From: a virus | Length of the DNA: 64,000 nt | Reading direction: 5' to 3' (one strand) | Virus genome (UHGV): UHGV-1383976 | In this document: one piece after another, positions 54,412-63,420 of the stretch | Numbering within the stretch: position 1 is the first letter of the stretch | How the letters are laid out: each line of letters begins with the position of its first letter | Made by a program: the position numbers and the translations under genes | The notes under the pieces: model-generated | The model's input: only the letters and a program-made list of their open reading frames with translations | Databases searched by the model: none | Told to the model about the DNA's origin: nothing

Positions 54412-54942
54412 AAGGATCTTCTAATGAGCGGGGCTTGTTTTAGCTTTATCGAAAAAGGTATTTTTGAAAAACTTGTTTATATACGCCCCAATATCACGCT
54501 TGAAGGAGTGCCTGATATTGGCTACCTCAAAGGCGGAATGGACGAAAAGCTTGAATGGACTTTAGCTCCATTATGGGATAAGTTCGGTGGCCGCGAAGCT
54601 ACTCAAAATCTTGTTGCTTCTGGCAAGATTGAGCTTGTAGCCTTACCTTTTATCAAAGGTCGCAGTTTTGAAAACAGCATTATTTATGTCAGTGAAGGCC
54701 AGAACATTACTCGTAAAGTCGCTGGCAATATTATTAGTCGCGCTGGTGAGGGCACTGAAATTTGGATAAATGGCGACTATCACAGTCAGACCGATCGCAG
54801 AATGTTTGAGGTTGATAATGGTATGCGTGCGATGGAGGAAACCCTGAAAGGCAATGCGCTCTATGAAACTATTTATCTTCCTATTACAGAGCGTTCTGCT
54901 GTAGCTCAACTTGCTGGAATTGTTTGTAACACTGAAAATTGA
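54409..54942 (+). CDS. PhoH-like ATPase, exon 2
   Basis: IELVALPFIKGRSFENSIIYVSEGQNIT and GEGTEIWINGDYHSQTD resemble PhoH Walker B and downstream motifs. Confidence 0.6.
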   Translation: MKDLLMSGACFSFIEKGIFEKLVYIRPNITLEGVPDIGYLKGGMDEKLEWTLAPLWDKFGGREATQNLVASGKIELVALPFIKGRSFENSIIYVSEGQNITRKVAGNIISRAGEGTEIWINGDYHSQTDRRMFEVDNGMRAMEETLKGNALYETIYLPITERSAVAQLAGIVCNTEN

Positions 54943-55043
54943 GCAACTCTTTTTTAGAATGAAGTTTCACTAAATCTACTTACTATTGCCACAGGTCAGT
55001 TAGTTCCGTAGTGGCAGCGGCATTGAAAGACTAACTGTTTATA

Positions 55044-55074
55044 TATCGTGAGGGGCAATCGCCCCTCTTTTTTT
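55044..55074 (+). terminator. Rho-independent terminator
   Basis: Hairpin gaggggcaatcgcccctc followed by TTTTTTT. Confidence 0.6.
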
Positions 55075-55097
55075 ATATCTAAAAGGAGGGCTTGTAG

Positions 55098-56789
55098 ATG
55101 GGAACGGTTTATAATGATGTATTACATACTTATTCGCCTTACGGCCCGAATAATTATATGCCGCGCACAGGTCGCTACAAATTTAACCAGCGGCACAATT
55201 ATGAGAACAATATAAAAGCTTTGCGAGAAAAAGAGAATACTTTTTATAGCGCCATACTAGGGACAACGGTTTCTTCTTTTGGAGAATTTGTGCGGCAAGT
55301 CAAAGAAAAACTGTCAAAATTTCAGCAAGATACAAATGCTTTGCGGCAATTAGATAACGATAGGCTTACTCAAGCGCTTTACCGTAAATATGGTTTTTCT
55401 ACAAAAGGGCAATGGGATCAAGACGCTACTTTTTCTCGTCTTGTCGTTAAATTGGACGCTTCTGTTGCTGAGAACACCTTGAATACTTATATTAAAGAGA
55501 TAGAAAAAACTGTTATTGCTGAACTCCAAAAGATAGGCCAAGTTGGGAAGGCTGATTTAAAGCTATCAGTTAGTGGCAATTTGAAGGCTGGCACACTTAC
55601 TATAGATTTTGGTCTTGACAAGGGCGCAATTGAGAAAAAACTAGACGAAACTGGCTTGCTAAAAGGTGTTGTCAATGCCGCAATGGGTCGTAAGTTGAAA
55701 GTCGAAGCACAAAGTCTTGAATGGTTTAAAAACCAAATTTTGAATGATCCAAATTTGATAAGCTTGACAACTAATAAAAAAGAATTTGTTTGGGAAGCTA
55801 ATTCAAAACTTAGGACAAAAGATAGAGAAGGCAATGCGAATCCTTTTGCGATAAGTAAAAAAGGCTTAGCAAAAAAGAATATTAGTCAACAGCAACAAAT
55901 TGAGGAAGAAATCAAATCTTTTATAATGGCTACAATTGGCTATGGTCAGACATCGCAAGATTTTCAAAATGTTTTTCAAGAAGCTTGGCGCACACAAATC
56001 TCTAGCCGGAAATTAGGTATTGCAGGATATACTTGGAATGGTGCAATAGCTAATATAGTTGGCGCTTTTGGTGAGTTTCAAACTTATGTTTTATTCCAAT
56101 ACATCTCACATTTGTTTGGGGGAAAAGCGCAAGGTAAAATAGCTGACGCTTTTGCTAGTGGCGAACAAATGAAAGCCGATATCCAGTTTTTCCAAGGGTT
56201 TGGCATCCAAGTAAAAAATTATTCTGGCTATGGTTCTGAACTAAAGGAACTTAAATTTAATATTCATCCAAATAAACTTATTCAATATCCGCAAATCAGC
56301 GAATGGATTGGTTCAAGTTTTTCAGAATATATTGCAAATTACTACTTCAATAAAGATATCAATCGCACGCCATTTGCGAGCATTATTGATGGACTAAAGC
56401 GAGCTTTTGCTGAAATAGCTTCAATGGGAACAACAGATGATGTGCCTGACACCGTTTGTCTTTATAATTTAGGTGGTGGTTATCTAATTCCAGCGTCAGA
56501 TTTACTTGAGCAAGTTTATTTACGGTCTTATCGCTTAGACGATACTCAAGTTGCGATTACATCCGCTTTTGAAGGCTCTACAAATAAAGAGTTTCATAAA
56601 AAGAAAAAAGGAAAGGATGGAAAACAACAAGAGCCAACTTTTTTGAAATACTGGGAAAGAGATGGAGAAAGCTGGAAGCCAAAAGATGAAAACAGAAACC
56701 TCTACGCACAAATGCTCAATTCAAAAATTTCAATCCGCGCGGTAGTTCCTTATGAACAATTTCTCCGTGAGGGTTATAAATTATGGTGA
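55098..56789 (+). CDS. Hypothetical large protein (virion or baseplate candidate)
   Basis: 563 aa with RBS AAAGGAGGG. First gene of the late block that ends in tail fibres. Confidence 0.45.
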   Translation: MGTVYNDVLHTYSPYGPNNYMPRTGRYKFNQRHNYENNIKALREKENTFYSAILGTTVSSFGEFVRQVKEKLSKFQQDTNALRQLDNDRLTQALYRKYGFSTKGQWDQDATFSRLVVKLDASVAENTLNTYIKEIEKTVIAELQKIGQVGKADLKLSVSGNLKAGTLTIDFGLDKGAIEKKLDETGLLKGVVNAAMGRKLKVEAQSLEWFKNQILNDPNLISLTTNKKEFVWEANSKLRTKDREGNANPFAISKKGLAKKNISQQQQIEEEIKSFIMATIGYGQTSQDFQNVFQEAWRTQISSRKLGIAGYTWNGAIANIVGAFGEFQTYVLFQYISHLFGGKAQGKIADAFASGEQMKADIQFFQGFGIQVKNYSGYGSELKELKFNIHPNKLIQYPQISEWIGSSFSEYIANYYFNKDINRTPFASIIDGLKRAFAEIASMGTTDDVPDTVCLYNLGGGYLIPASDLLEQVYLRSYRLDDTQVAITSAFEGSTNKEFHKKKKGKDGKQQEPTFLKYWERDGESWKPKDENRNLYAQMLNSKISIRAVVPYEQFLREGYKLW

Positions 56790-56795
56790 TTCAAA

Positions 56796-57050
56796 ATGCT
56801 CTATTTTGCGCAATGCGGCGACCCTATCAATTATGAATCCTTTATTGTCGATGCCGAAAGTCTTTCGGATGTTGTAGAATGGATAAAGGACTTTTCTTCA
56901 ATTGATGAGGAGCCGCAAGACGAAGACCAAACATATGCTTCTGCTATATCTGGACATTTGTGGTATAACATTGAACAGTTTGACTCTCGTAATGAGGAAC
57001 ATTCTGATGTCTTATCACAAATGAATGGAATCCCACTCTGTATAGAGTAA
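56796..57050 (+). CDS. Hypothetical acidic small protein
   Basis: 84-aa ORF. Confidence 0.4.
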   Translation: MLYFAQCGDPINYESFIVDAESLSDVVEWIKDFSSIDEEPQDEDQTYASAISGHLWYNIEQFDSRNEEHSDVLSQMNGIPLCIE

Positions 57051-57054
57051 AAAC

Positions 57055-57083
57055 TTGATTTTCGACGAAATTTTCGTTATAAT
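57055..57083 (+). promoter_or_regulatory. Consensus phage promoter
   Basis: TTGATT at 57055-57060, N17, TATAAT at 57078-57083. Confidence 0.5.
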
Positions 57084-57116
57084 AAATTGTAAAAAGTTTT
57101 ACTGGGAGAGATACAT

Positions 57117-57443
57117 ATGGAAGCTAAAAAAGACATAAACGTTTCAATATCCAAAGAAGACTTTATCGGCTTATTGATTTCAGCCGTTGAATATGACGAT
57201 TGGATAGATATGTTGGATAAAAATGGAATTTCTTTCAACGCTCCTGCGCTCGATGGCGTAACTCGTAAGATAATAGACTTCTTCGAGAGAGTGCTGGATG
57301 ACGATGAGGGGGTAATAAAATACTACCTTTGGGGTATTGCTGGTGGGCATTATAAATCTGAAAAGAGAATGATAACTCGCACAGGCAAACCCATACTTAT
57401 TGAAAGTGCGGAAGATGTTTGGGACTATCTTACAAATAAATAA
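57117..57443 (+). CDS. Hypothetical protein
   Basis: 108-aa ORF with RBS GGGAGAGA. A terminator follows. Confidence 0.45.
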   Translation: MEAKKDINVSISKEDFIGLLISAVEYDDWIDMLDKNGISFNAPALDGVTRKIIDFFERVLDDDEGVIKYYLWGIAGGHYKSEKRMITRTGKPILIESAEDVWDYLTNK

Positions 57444-57451
57444 GACATTTA

Positions 57452-57480
57452 CAGTCGTGAGAAATCACGGCCTGTTTTTA
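57452..57480 (+). terminator. Rho-independent terminator
   Basis: Hairpin cgtgagaaatcacg followed by GCCTGTTTTTA. Confidence 0.45.
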
Positions 57481-57540
57481 TTGGACTAAAGAACGGTTTT
57501 AGCTACTTTACAGAAGAGAAAATCTGTGAGGTGAGAAACA

Positions 57541-57870
57541 ATGGTTCGTGGTGGCACACACCGTCATAATTTCTATATTCCATTCGACGCGGCGCAAATT
57601 GAAAAAGTATTTGTGTCTTATTCTCAGAATGGAGAAGTAGTTTTAGAAAAATCAACAGATGATTGCGTATTCAACTCTACCAAAAATTGCCTTCAAGTTG
57701 ATTTATCTCAAGAGGATACTTTGTCTTTTGCCGCGCCCGGAATTATTACGACACCAGAACGGAGCCTCGTGATTATTCAACTCAGAGTCTTATTGGCAAA
57801 TGGACACAGTTATGTATCCGCACCAATCAAAGAGAGATTGTTTGATGTTCTGAAAGGAGGACAAATCTAA
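57541..57870 (+). CDS. Hypothetical protein (tail-associated candidate)
   Basis: 109-aa ORF with RBS GAGGTGAG. Confidence 0.45.
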   Translation: MVRGGTHRHNFYIPFDAAQIEKVFVSYSQNGEVVLEKSTDDCVFNSTKNCLQVDLSQEDTLSFAAPGIITTPERSLVIIQLRVLLANGHSYVSAPIKERLFDVLKGGQI

Positions 57871-58033
57871 TGCTTAGAACTATTGATGAAATAGAGCACA
57901 TTAGTGAGGACTATCAAGTCAAGTTCTATGATTATGAGAAGACTTTCTATGGTTCAACCTCCAATCCTGATGAATCCGATGATAACGTCATTATATATGA
58001 TGGCGGCGGCGTCTCTGGCTGGACGAAGGAGAA

Positions 58034-58417
58034 ATGATGGCAAGAGTAATAAAAATCACATTTCAACTGCGCCGCGGCCTGCACGATAAATGGATTGAAG
58101 AGAATCCAATACTCAGTGAAGGAGAGCCGGCCTTTGAGACAGATACCTTCCGTCTGAAAATTGGCGATGGCAAAACCGCGTATCAGGCTTTACCTTATAT
58201 TGGTGGAGATGGGAGTGAGGATGACGCCCGCGTGGTAAATGCGGATACTCACTATGATTTTCCATCTATAGGCAAAGCCAATACGATATATAAGGCGGAC
58301 AAAGAAAGAACTCTCTATCAATGGGACGAAGAAACATTGACTTATGTTTCACTAAATTCTTTTGAAAATGTAAAAATTATCCACGGAGGGAACGCTGATG
58401 GCTACGACTACATTTAA
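58034..58417 (+). CDS. Short tail-fibre-family protein (HylP-like N-terminal domain only)
   Basis: KITFQLRRGLHDKWIEENPILSEGEPAFETDTFRLKIGDGKTAYQALPY matches the conserved N-terminal module of the downstream fibre genes and of streptococcal prophage hyaluronidase/tail-fibre N-termini. Confidence 0.5.
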   Translation: MMARVIKITFQLRRGLHDKWIEENPILSEGEPAFETDTFRLKIGDGKTAYQALPYIGGDGSEDDARVVNADTHYDFPSIGKANTIYKADKERTLYQWDEETLTYVSLNSFENVKIIHGGNADGYDYI

Positions 58418-59651
58418 CACTCGCATAGTCCTGCGCAATGATAGCACAGCAAAATGGCTTGAGAACAAAGATCAAGTTTTACTCAAGGGCGAACTTGGTG
58501 TCGAATTCGAAGCTGATGGCGGTGTCAAGATAAAAATTGGCGACGGTGCAAAAACTTGGGAACAGCTCGAATATTTTGGTGGGGCAAGCGCCGCGCAAGT
58601 ATTTCAGGCCGAGTCTGCAAACGCTGCAGGCGACCTTGCTGCTATTACTACCGCAGTAGGCAGTGCAAAACTTCAATCTGGCGATTTCGCTATTGTGAGC
58701 CATGATATTGATGGCACGCATAAATCTTATACAGCCTATGTTTATGATGGTGAAAGCTGGAAAGCAATGGACGGCAACTATGATGCGTCCAATGTTTATT
58801 TCGGCGATAACATTACAATGGCTGGTTCTTACAGCCAAATCGGTAATTTGACCAAAACTCAAAATGGTACAGCAACTTTTGCTGTCAAAGGTAAGTCTGT
58901 TGCTGAAGCTTTTACTCAAATCTTCTCTAAGAGACTTCAGCCCGGTGCTCCTACTCAGCCGTCTGTTAGCTTGACCTTTAGCCAAGCAAAAGCTTATGAA
59001 GTCGGTACTACTGTCACTCCGACTTGGAGCGCGACTTTGAGCACTGGTTCTTATACTTACGGCCCTGCTACTGGTATTACTGCTATGGCTTGGGAAATTA
59101 GTGATACGGCTGGCAACACCGCTACCACAGCAAGCGGCTCTTTTGATGCTATTACTGTTGCTGATGGTACCAACTACAAGATAACTGCTAAAGCAACTCA
59201 TGGAGCCGGCGCGGTTGCAAATGATAACCTTGGTAGCCCGTCTAGTCCAGAAGTCAAAATTGCGGCTGGTTCTAAGAGTAAAACTTCTGATGCAATCACT
59301 GGCTACCGCAATACTTTCTATGGTACTAAAACTACAAAGGATGCACTTGATAGTGCGGCGATTCGTAGCTTGTCTAACAAATCCAATACTGCTTGGGCCA
59401 ATGGCAAGTCTTTTACCGTGCAAATTCCTGTTGGTGCAGTTCGTGTTGTTTTTGCTTATCCTGCGACGCTGCGTGATGTCAACTCCGTAAAGGATGTTAA
59501 CGGTTTGAACGCGGAGATCAAGAGCGCATTTGCTAAATCCACTATTGCTGTTGAAGGTGCAAATGGTGCAACTGCAATTGACTATAAGGTTTATACGACT
59601 GATTTCGCTGAGCCTGTCGCAAAGGCAAACAGCTACACTATCACAATTTGA
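58398..59651 (+). CDS. Tail fibre protein paralog
   Basis: N-terminus ATTTFNTRIVLRNDSTAKWLENKDQVLLKGELGVEFEADGGVKIKIGDGAKTWEQLEY, then a Thr/Ser/Ala-rich beta-rich region. Confidence 0.55.
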   Translation: MATTTFNTRIVLRNDSTAKWLENKDQVLLKGELGVEFEADGGVKIKIGDGAKTWEQLEYFGGASAAQVFQAESANAAGDLAAITTAVGSAKLQSGDFAIVSHDIDGTHKSYTAYVYDGESWKAMDGNYDASNVYFGDNITMAGSYSQIGNLTKTQNGTATFAVKGKSVAEAFTQIFSKRLQPGAPTQPSVSLTFSQAKAYEVGTTVTPTWSATLSTGSYTYGPATGITAMAWEISDTAGNTATTASGSFDAITVADGTNYKITAKATHGAGAVANDNLGSPSSPEVKIAAGSKSKTSDAITGYRNTFYGTKTTKDALDSAAIRSLSNKSNTAWANGKSFTVQIPVGAVRVVFAYPATLRDVNSVKDVNGLNAEIKSAFAKSTIAVEGANGATAIDYKVYTTDFAEPVAKANSYTITI

Positions 59652-59669
59652 TAAAGGAGGGAAAATATA

Positions 59670-60965
59670 ATGGCACTGACATTTGGTACTCTTGATTTTG
59701 CTGTTGCTTTTAGCCGTCAGACGGCATTCCCTCTGGACGCTAAAAGTTATTTTGAAAGTTTAGAACTTGCTCAAGCAGCCGCGGCAACTGCGCAAGAAGC
59801 GGGCAGTTCTGAAACCGTTTATTATTTCGGTCAAACTATCGCTGTTGTTGAGAACAGTGTTGCGACTCTTTATGTAATACAACCAGACAAAACCTTGAAA
59901 GAGGTTGGCGGTAATATTGCCATCAATGAGAATGTATTTGTCAAGAGCGACGACAAGCTCGATCTCGTTGGTTTTTCGAGTGCTGTCGCTGGCGCACAAC
60001 TTGTCAAAGGTGCCGATGGTAGACTTAGTTGGGTAAAGCCTGATACTACTACTGTTGAAGGCCTTTCAACAAGCGTAACGGCCCTTGAACATACTGTCAA
60101 TGGTTATACTGATGATGGTGGCGTTGTTCACGAGGGGCTTGGCTCTAAGGTTTCTACTTTGGAAACCAAGGTGGGCAATATCTATACAAAAGCCGAAGTC
60201 GATGCAAAAGTTTCCAGCGTTATGCGCTATAAGGGTAGTAAAGACACTTATGCAGAGCTGCCTTCTGAAGGAAATGAAATCGGCGATGTTTGGAACGTTG
60301 TAGGCGCTGATGCTGCAAATGGCGTGCGCGCCGGTGATAATTTTGCTTGGAATGGTACTGGCTGGGATAATCTTGGTGGCGCGGTTGTTCTTGATGGCTA
60401 TGCAACCAAAGATGACCTCAATGGGAAAGTTGACAAGGTTGAAGGCTCTCGTTTGATGACTTCAGCTGAGGGCGAAAAACTTGCTGGTATAGCGACCGGC
60501 GCGGAAGTCAATGTTGTAAAGTCTGTTGATGATGTAGAATTTACACTTGATGAGAACGGTAAGCTCAACATCAAGGCTCTTGGTCAAGACAAAATAACAG
60601 GTCTGGCTGATGCGCTCGCTGGTAAGGTTTCTACCGAAACTGGCAAAGGGTTGTCCTCTAATGACTATACCGATGCTGAAAAGGAAAAATTAGGGGCAAT
60701 TGAGGCTGGCTCTCAAGCAAACATCCTTGAGGCTATTTCCATTGGCGGCACTGATGCTCCGATTAGCGAAAAGAAAGTCGATATTCCTGTTGCTACTGCT
60801 GAGAAACTTGGCGTTGTCAAGAGTTCTTCCGCGAAAGACCAAATTGCGGTTGGTGCAGACGGCATTATGTCTATCAATACGGTAAGTCTTTCTAAGATAG
60901 TTCAAGCAGCTGATGAAACTCTCATCATAAATGGCGGTAATAGTGGCCTTACTATAGGGGAGTGA
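59670..60965 (+). CDS. Tail fibre protein paralog with phage tail-fibre repeat
   Basis: Contains ETGKGLSSNDYTDAEKEKLGAIEAGSQANI (GLSxNDYT...EKxKL fibre repeat). RBS AAAGGAGGG. Confidence 0.6.
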   Translation: MALTFGTLDFAVAFSRQTAFPLDAKSYFESLELAQAAAATAQEAGSSETVYYFGQTIAVVENSVATLYVIQPDKTLKEVGGNIAINENVFVKSDDKLDLVGFSSAVAGAQLVKGADGRLSWVKPDTTTVEGLSTSVTALEHTVNGYTDDGGVVHEGLGSKVSTLETKVGNIYTKAEVDAKVSSVMRYKGSKDTYAELPSEGNEIGDVWNVVGADAANGVRAGDNFAWNGTGWDNLGGAVVLDGYATKDDLNGKVDKVEGSRLMTSAEGEKLAGIATGAEVNVVKSVDDVEFTLDENGKLNIKALGQDKITGLADALAGKVSTETGKGLSSNDYTDAEKEKLGAIEAGSQANILEAISIGGTDAPISEKKVDIPVATAEKLGVVKSSSAKDQIAVGADGIMSINTVSLSKIVQAADETLIINGGNSGLTIGE

Positions 60966-60970
60966 TATAA

Positions 60971-62446
60971 ATGGCAAACACTACATTCAATACAAGAATA
61001 CAGAATAAAATAGACACTTTTGCAAATTGGCAAACCAACAACCCTAAGTTGTTGAATGGCGAAATTGCAATTGTTGTCGTCCCAGCAAAAGCTGGTGCCG
61101 TTGCCCAAGAGCCGGCCATTTTGTTCAAGGTTGGCGATGGCGTAAAGTTATTCAAAGAATTGGGCTGGGCAAGCGGTATTGCGGCTGATGTTTATGATTG
61201 GGCGAAAGCCGCCAGTAAGCCATCCTATAGTGCGGACGAAATTGACGGTTTGGAAGGTTATATTGCTGGCCAGATTCAGGACACTGACACTCAATATAAG
61301 ATTGAGGTTGATGCGGATGATCCTCATAAGTATTACCTATACTCTAAGAGCAAAGGTGGTGCTTGGGGGACTACTCCTATAAGCACCATTACCATTCCTG
61401 CCGATAAGGTTTATACCCTTGTTGAAGGTACGGCTAACGGTACGGTAAAGTTCGATGGAACCGATGTAAAAGTTCATGGCCTTGGCTCTGCAGCTTATAC
61501 TGATTCTACAGCATATGACGCGAAAGGCGCGGCAGATACGGCATTAGAAGCTGCGAAAGAGTATGCTAATGGCAAAGACGTATCTATTGCTGAAGCTAAA
61601 GCGGCTGGTGATAATGCAAAAGCAGCTGTCGATGCTCTGAGCGAAAAAGTTGGTACTGTTCCTAGTGATAAGACTGTCGTTCAAATGATTGCAGATGCGA
61701 AAACTGCTGCAACTTATGATGACACTGCAATCAAAGCATCAATCAAGACAAATACTGACGCCATTACTAAGTTAAATGGTGCGGATACTGTTGAAGGTTC
61801 TGTTGATAAGAAGATAAAAGATGCAATCAATAAGTTTGCAACTGATGTTAGCGATAATAGTACAATCGACACATTCAAAGAGCTGATTGATTATGCGGCT
61901 AGCCATCAAGGTGAGTATTCTACCCTGTCTGCTGAAGTTCAAAAGAACACGACCGCAATAGCAACTTTGAATGGTGATGGCGCGGGTTCTGTCACTAAGG
62001 CCATCAGCGATGCAGTTGATGCTGCGAAAACTGAACTGCAGACCAGCATTGGCGGTAAGGTCGATAAGGAAGAAGGCAAAGGGCTTTCTACTAATGACTA
62101 TACGACAACTGAGAAGACTAAGCTTTCTAAAATCGCTGAAGGCGCACAAGTCAATGTCATTGAAGAAATTCAAGTCAATGGAACAAAAGTCGCTCCTTCT
62201 GGTAAGAAAGTCAATATTTCTGTCCCGACTGGCGCGCTGGCAAGTAAGAGTGAAGTGGCTAAAACGGACTTGGCCGCGGCTCTTAAAACTGAAATTGAAG
62301 GGAAGGTCAATTCAGCCGATTGTGGCGATATTATTTCTCATAACGCAAGTGAGTTTGCTGTCGCTAATCACAATCACAAAATTGAAGACTTAACTCAAAC
62401 AGATTATATAATTTTTAACTGCGGTTCTTCTTCTACGGTAATATAA
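60971..62446 (+). CDS. Tail fibre protein paralog
   Basis: N-terminus ANTTFNTRIQNKIDTFANWQTNNPKLLNGEIAIV...KVGDG. The fibre repeat EEGKGLSTNDYTTTEKTKLSKIAEGAQVNV occurs later. Confidence 0.6.
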   Translation: MANTTFNTRIQNKIDTFANWQTNNPKLLNGEIAIVVVPAKAGAVAQEPAILFKVGDGVKLFKELGWASGIAADVYDWAKAASKPSYSADEIDGLEGYIAGQIQDTDTQYKIEVDADDPHKYYLYSKSKGGAWGTTPISTITIPADKVYTLVEGTANGTVKFDGTDVKVHGLGSAAYTDSTAYDAKGAADTALEAAKEYANGKDVSIAEAKAAGDNAKAAVDALSEKVGTVPSDKTVVQMIADAKTAATYDDTAIKASIKTNTDAITKLNGADTVEGSVDKKIKDAINKFATDVSDNSTIDTFKELIDYAASHQGEYSTLSAEVQKNTTAIATLNGDGAGSVTKAISDAVDAAKTELQTSIGGKVDKEEGKGLSTNDYTTTEKTKLSKIAEGAQVNVIEEIQVNGTKVAPSGKKVNISVPTGALASKSEVAKTDLAAALKTEIEGKVNSADCGDIISHNASEFAVANHNHKIEDLTQTDYIIFNCGSSSTVI

Positions 62447-62454
62447 ATCTATGA

Positions 62455-62500
62455 AAACCCGCCTCGTTTTTAAAACGAACGGGGCGGGTGTTTCTATTTT
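62455..62500 (+). terminator. Rho-independent terminator between fibre genes
   Basis: Hairpin cccgcctcgtt...aacgaacggggcggg followed by a T-rich tract. Confidence 0.5.
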
Positions 62501-62513
62501 AGGAGGTTTTTCA

Positions 62514-63398
62514 ATGGCTCGTGAATTTCTTTCAAGAATACAAAATAAACGAGACACTAGTGCAAACTGGACAAAAAATAATCCTGTAATTCTCAATGGC
62601 GAAATTATTCTGGTTGATACAGCGGAAGGCGAACTTCGCGCGAAAATTGGTGATGGGACTAAAACTTATACACAGTTGCCGTTTTCTGACGAGGCATTGA
62701 AAAGCCTCATAAATACGGTAGCGCAAAATGTAGCGGATAATACAACGGCGAGGCATAGTCATAGTAATAAAGATGTGTTGGATAAAATTACAGGAATTGT
62801 TACGAAAGATAATGTTAACAAGCCCGCGCATACTAGTGATCTTGTTGACTATTCAGGGTTTCAAGCTGGAAGCCAGCAAATTATAAATCAGATTCCTACT
62901 AAAACAAGTGATATTACTAATGATAGTGGGTTTACAACTGAAACTTATGTAAACACCAAAGTAGCTGGTATTGTAAATTCCGCACCTGAAACTCTCGACA
63001 CTCTAAACGAACTTGCGGAAGCCCTTGGTAATGACCCAAATTTTGCAACTACGATGGCAACTGAGCTGGGCAAAAAGGTTAATGCTGAAACAGGCAAGGG
63101 CTTATCTACAAATGACCTAACTACGACCCTCAAATCACATTATGATACAGCTTACACGCATAGCCAAACCGCGCACGCGCCTTCAAATGCGGAGCGTAAC
63201 GTAATTGTCGGTATTCAGAAGAATGGAACAGATATTAGTGTAAATGCCTCTACTCGTAAGGTAAATATCACCGTTCCAACAAAGACATCTGAGCTAACTA
63301 ATGACAGCAGTTTTATCAAAGGCCCTTTTCTAACAGAGGGTGAGATCGATACGATTTGCGGAACGGCTGTGGCAAATGCATCTAATTTGACTTACTAA
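62514..63398 (+). CDS. Tail fibre protein paralog
   Basis: The real start is MAREFLSRIQNKRDTSANW at 62514 (RBS AGGAGG). The listed ORF 62451 starts inside the terminator. Contains ETGKGLSTNDLTTT. Confidence 0.6.
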   Translation: MAREFLSRIQNKRDTSANWTKNNPVILNGEIILVDTAEGELRAKIGDGTKTYTQLPFSDEALKSLINTVAQNVADNTTARHSHSNKDVLDKITGIVTKDNVNKPAHTSDLVDYSGFQAGSQQIINQIPTKTSDITNDSGFTTETYVNTKVAGIVNSAPETLDTLNELAEALGNDPNFATTMATELGKKVNAETGKGLSTNDLTTTLKSHYDTAYTHSQTAHAPSNAERNVIVGIQKNGTDISVNASTRKVNITVPTKTSELTNDSSFIKGPFLTEGEIDTICGTAVANASNLTY

Positions 63399-63420
63399 TT
63401 GGAGTAAAGGAGGAATATAA

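Noticed and set aside
58479-59490. 314-aa minus-strand ORF and 96-aa plus ORF inside the tail-fibre gene 58398..59651.
   Set aside because: Antisense to, or out of frame with, a gene with a conserved N-terminal module and RBS. The Ser/Arg-rich product is typical of antisense to Ala/Thr-rich fibre genes.
59760-62831. Further antisense or out-of-frame ORFs within the fibre genes (for example 59870..60100, 60690..60977, 61772..62173, 61971..62393, 62532..62831).
   Set aside because: Same reasoning. The fibre paralogs are the supported reading frames.
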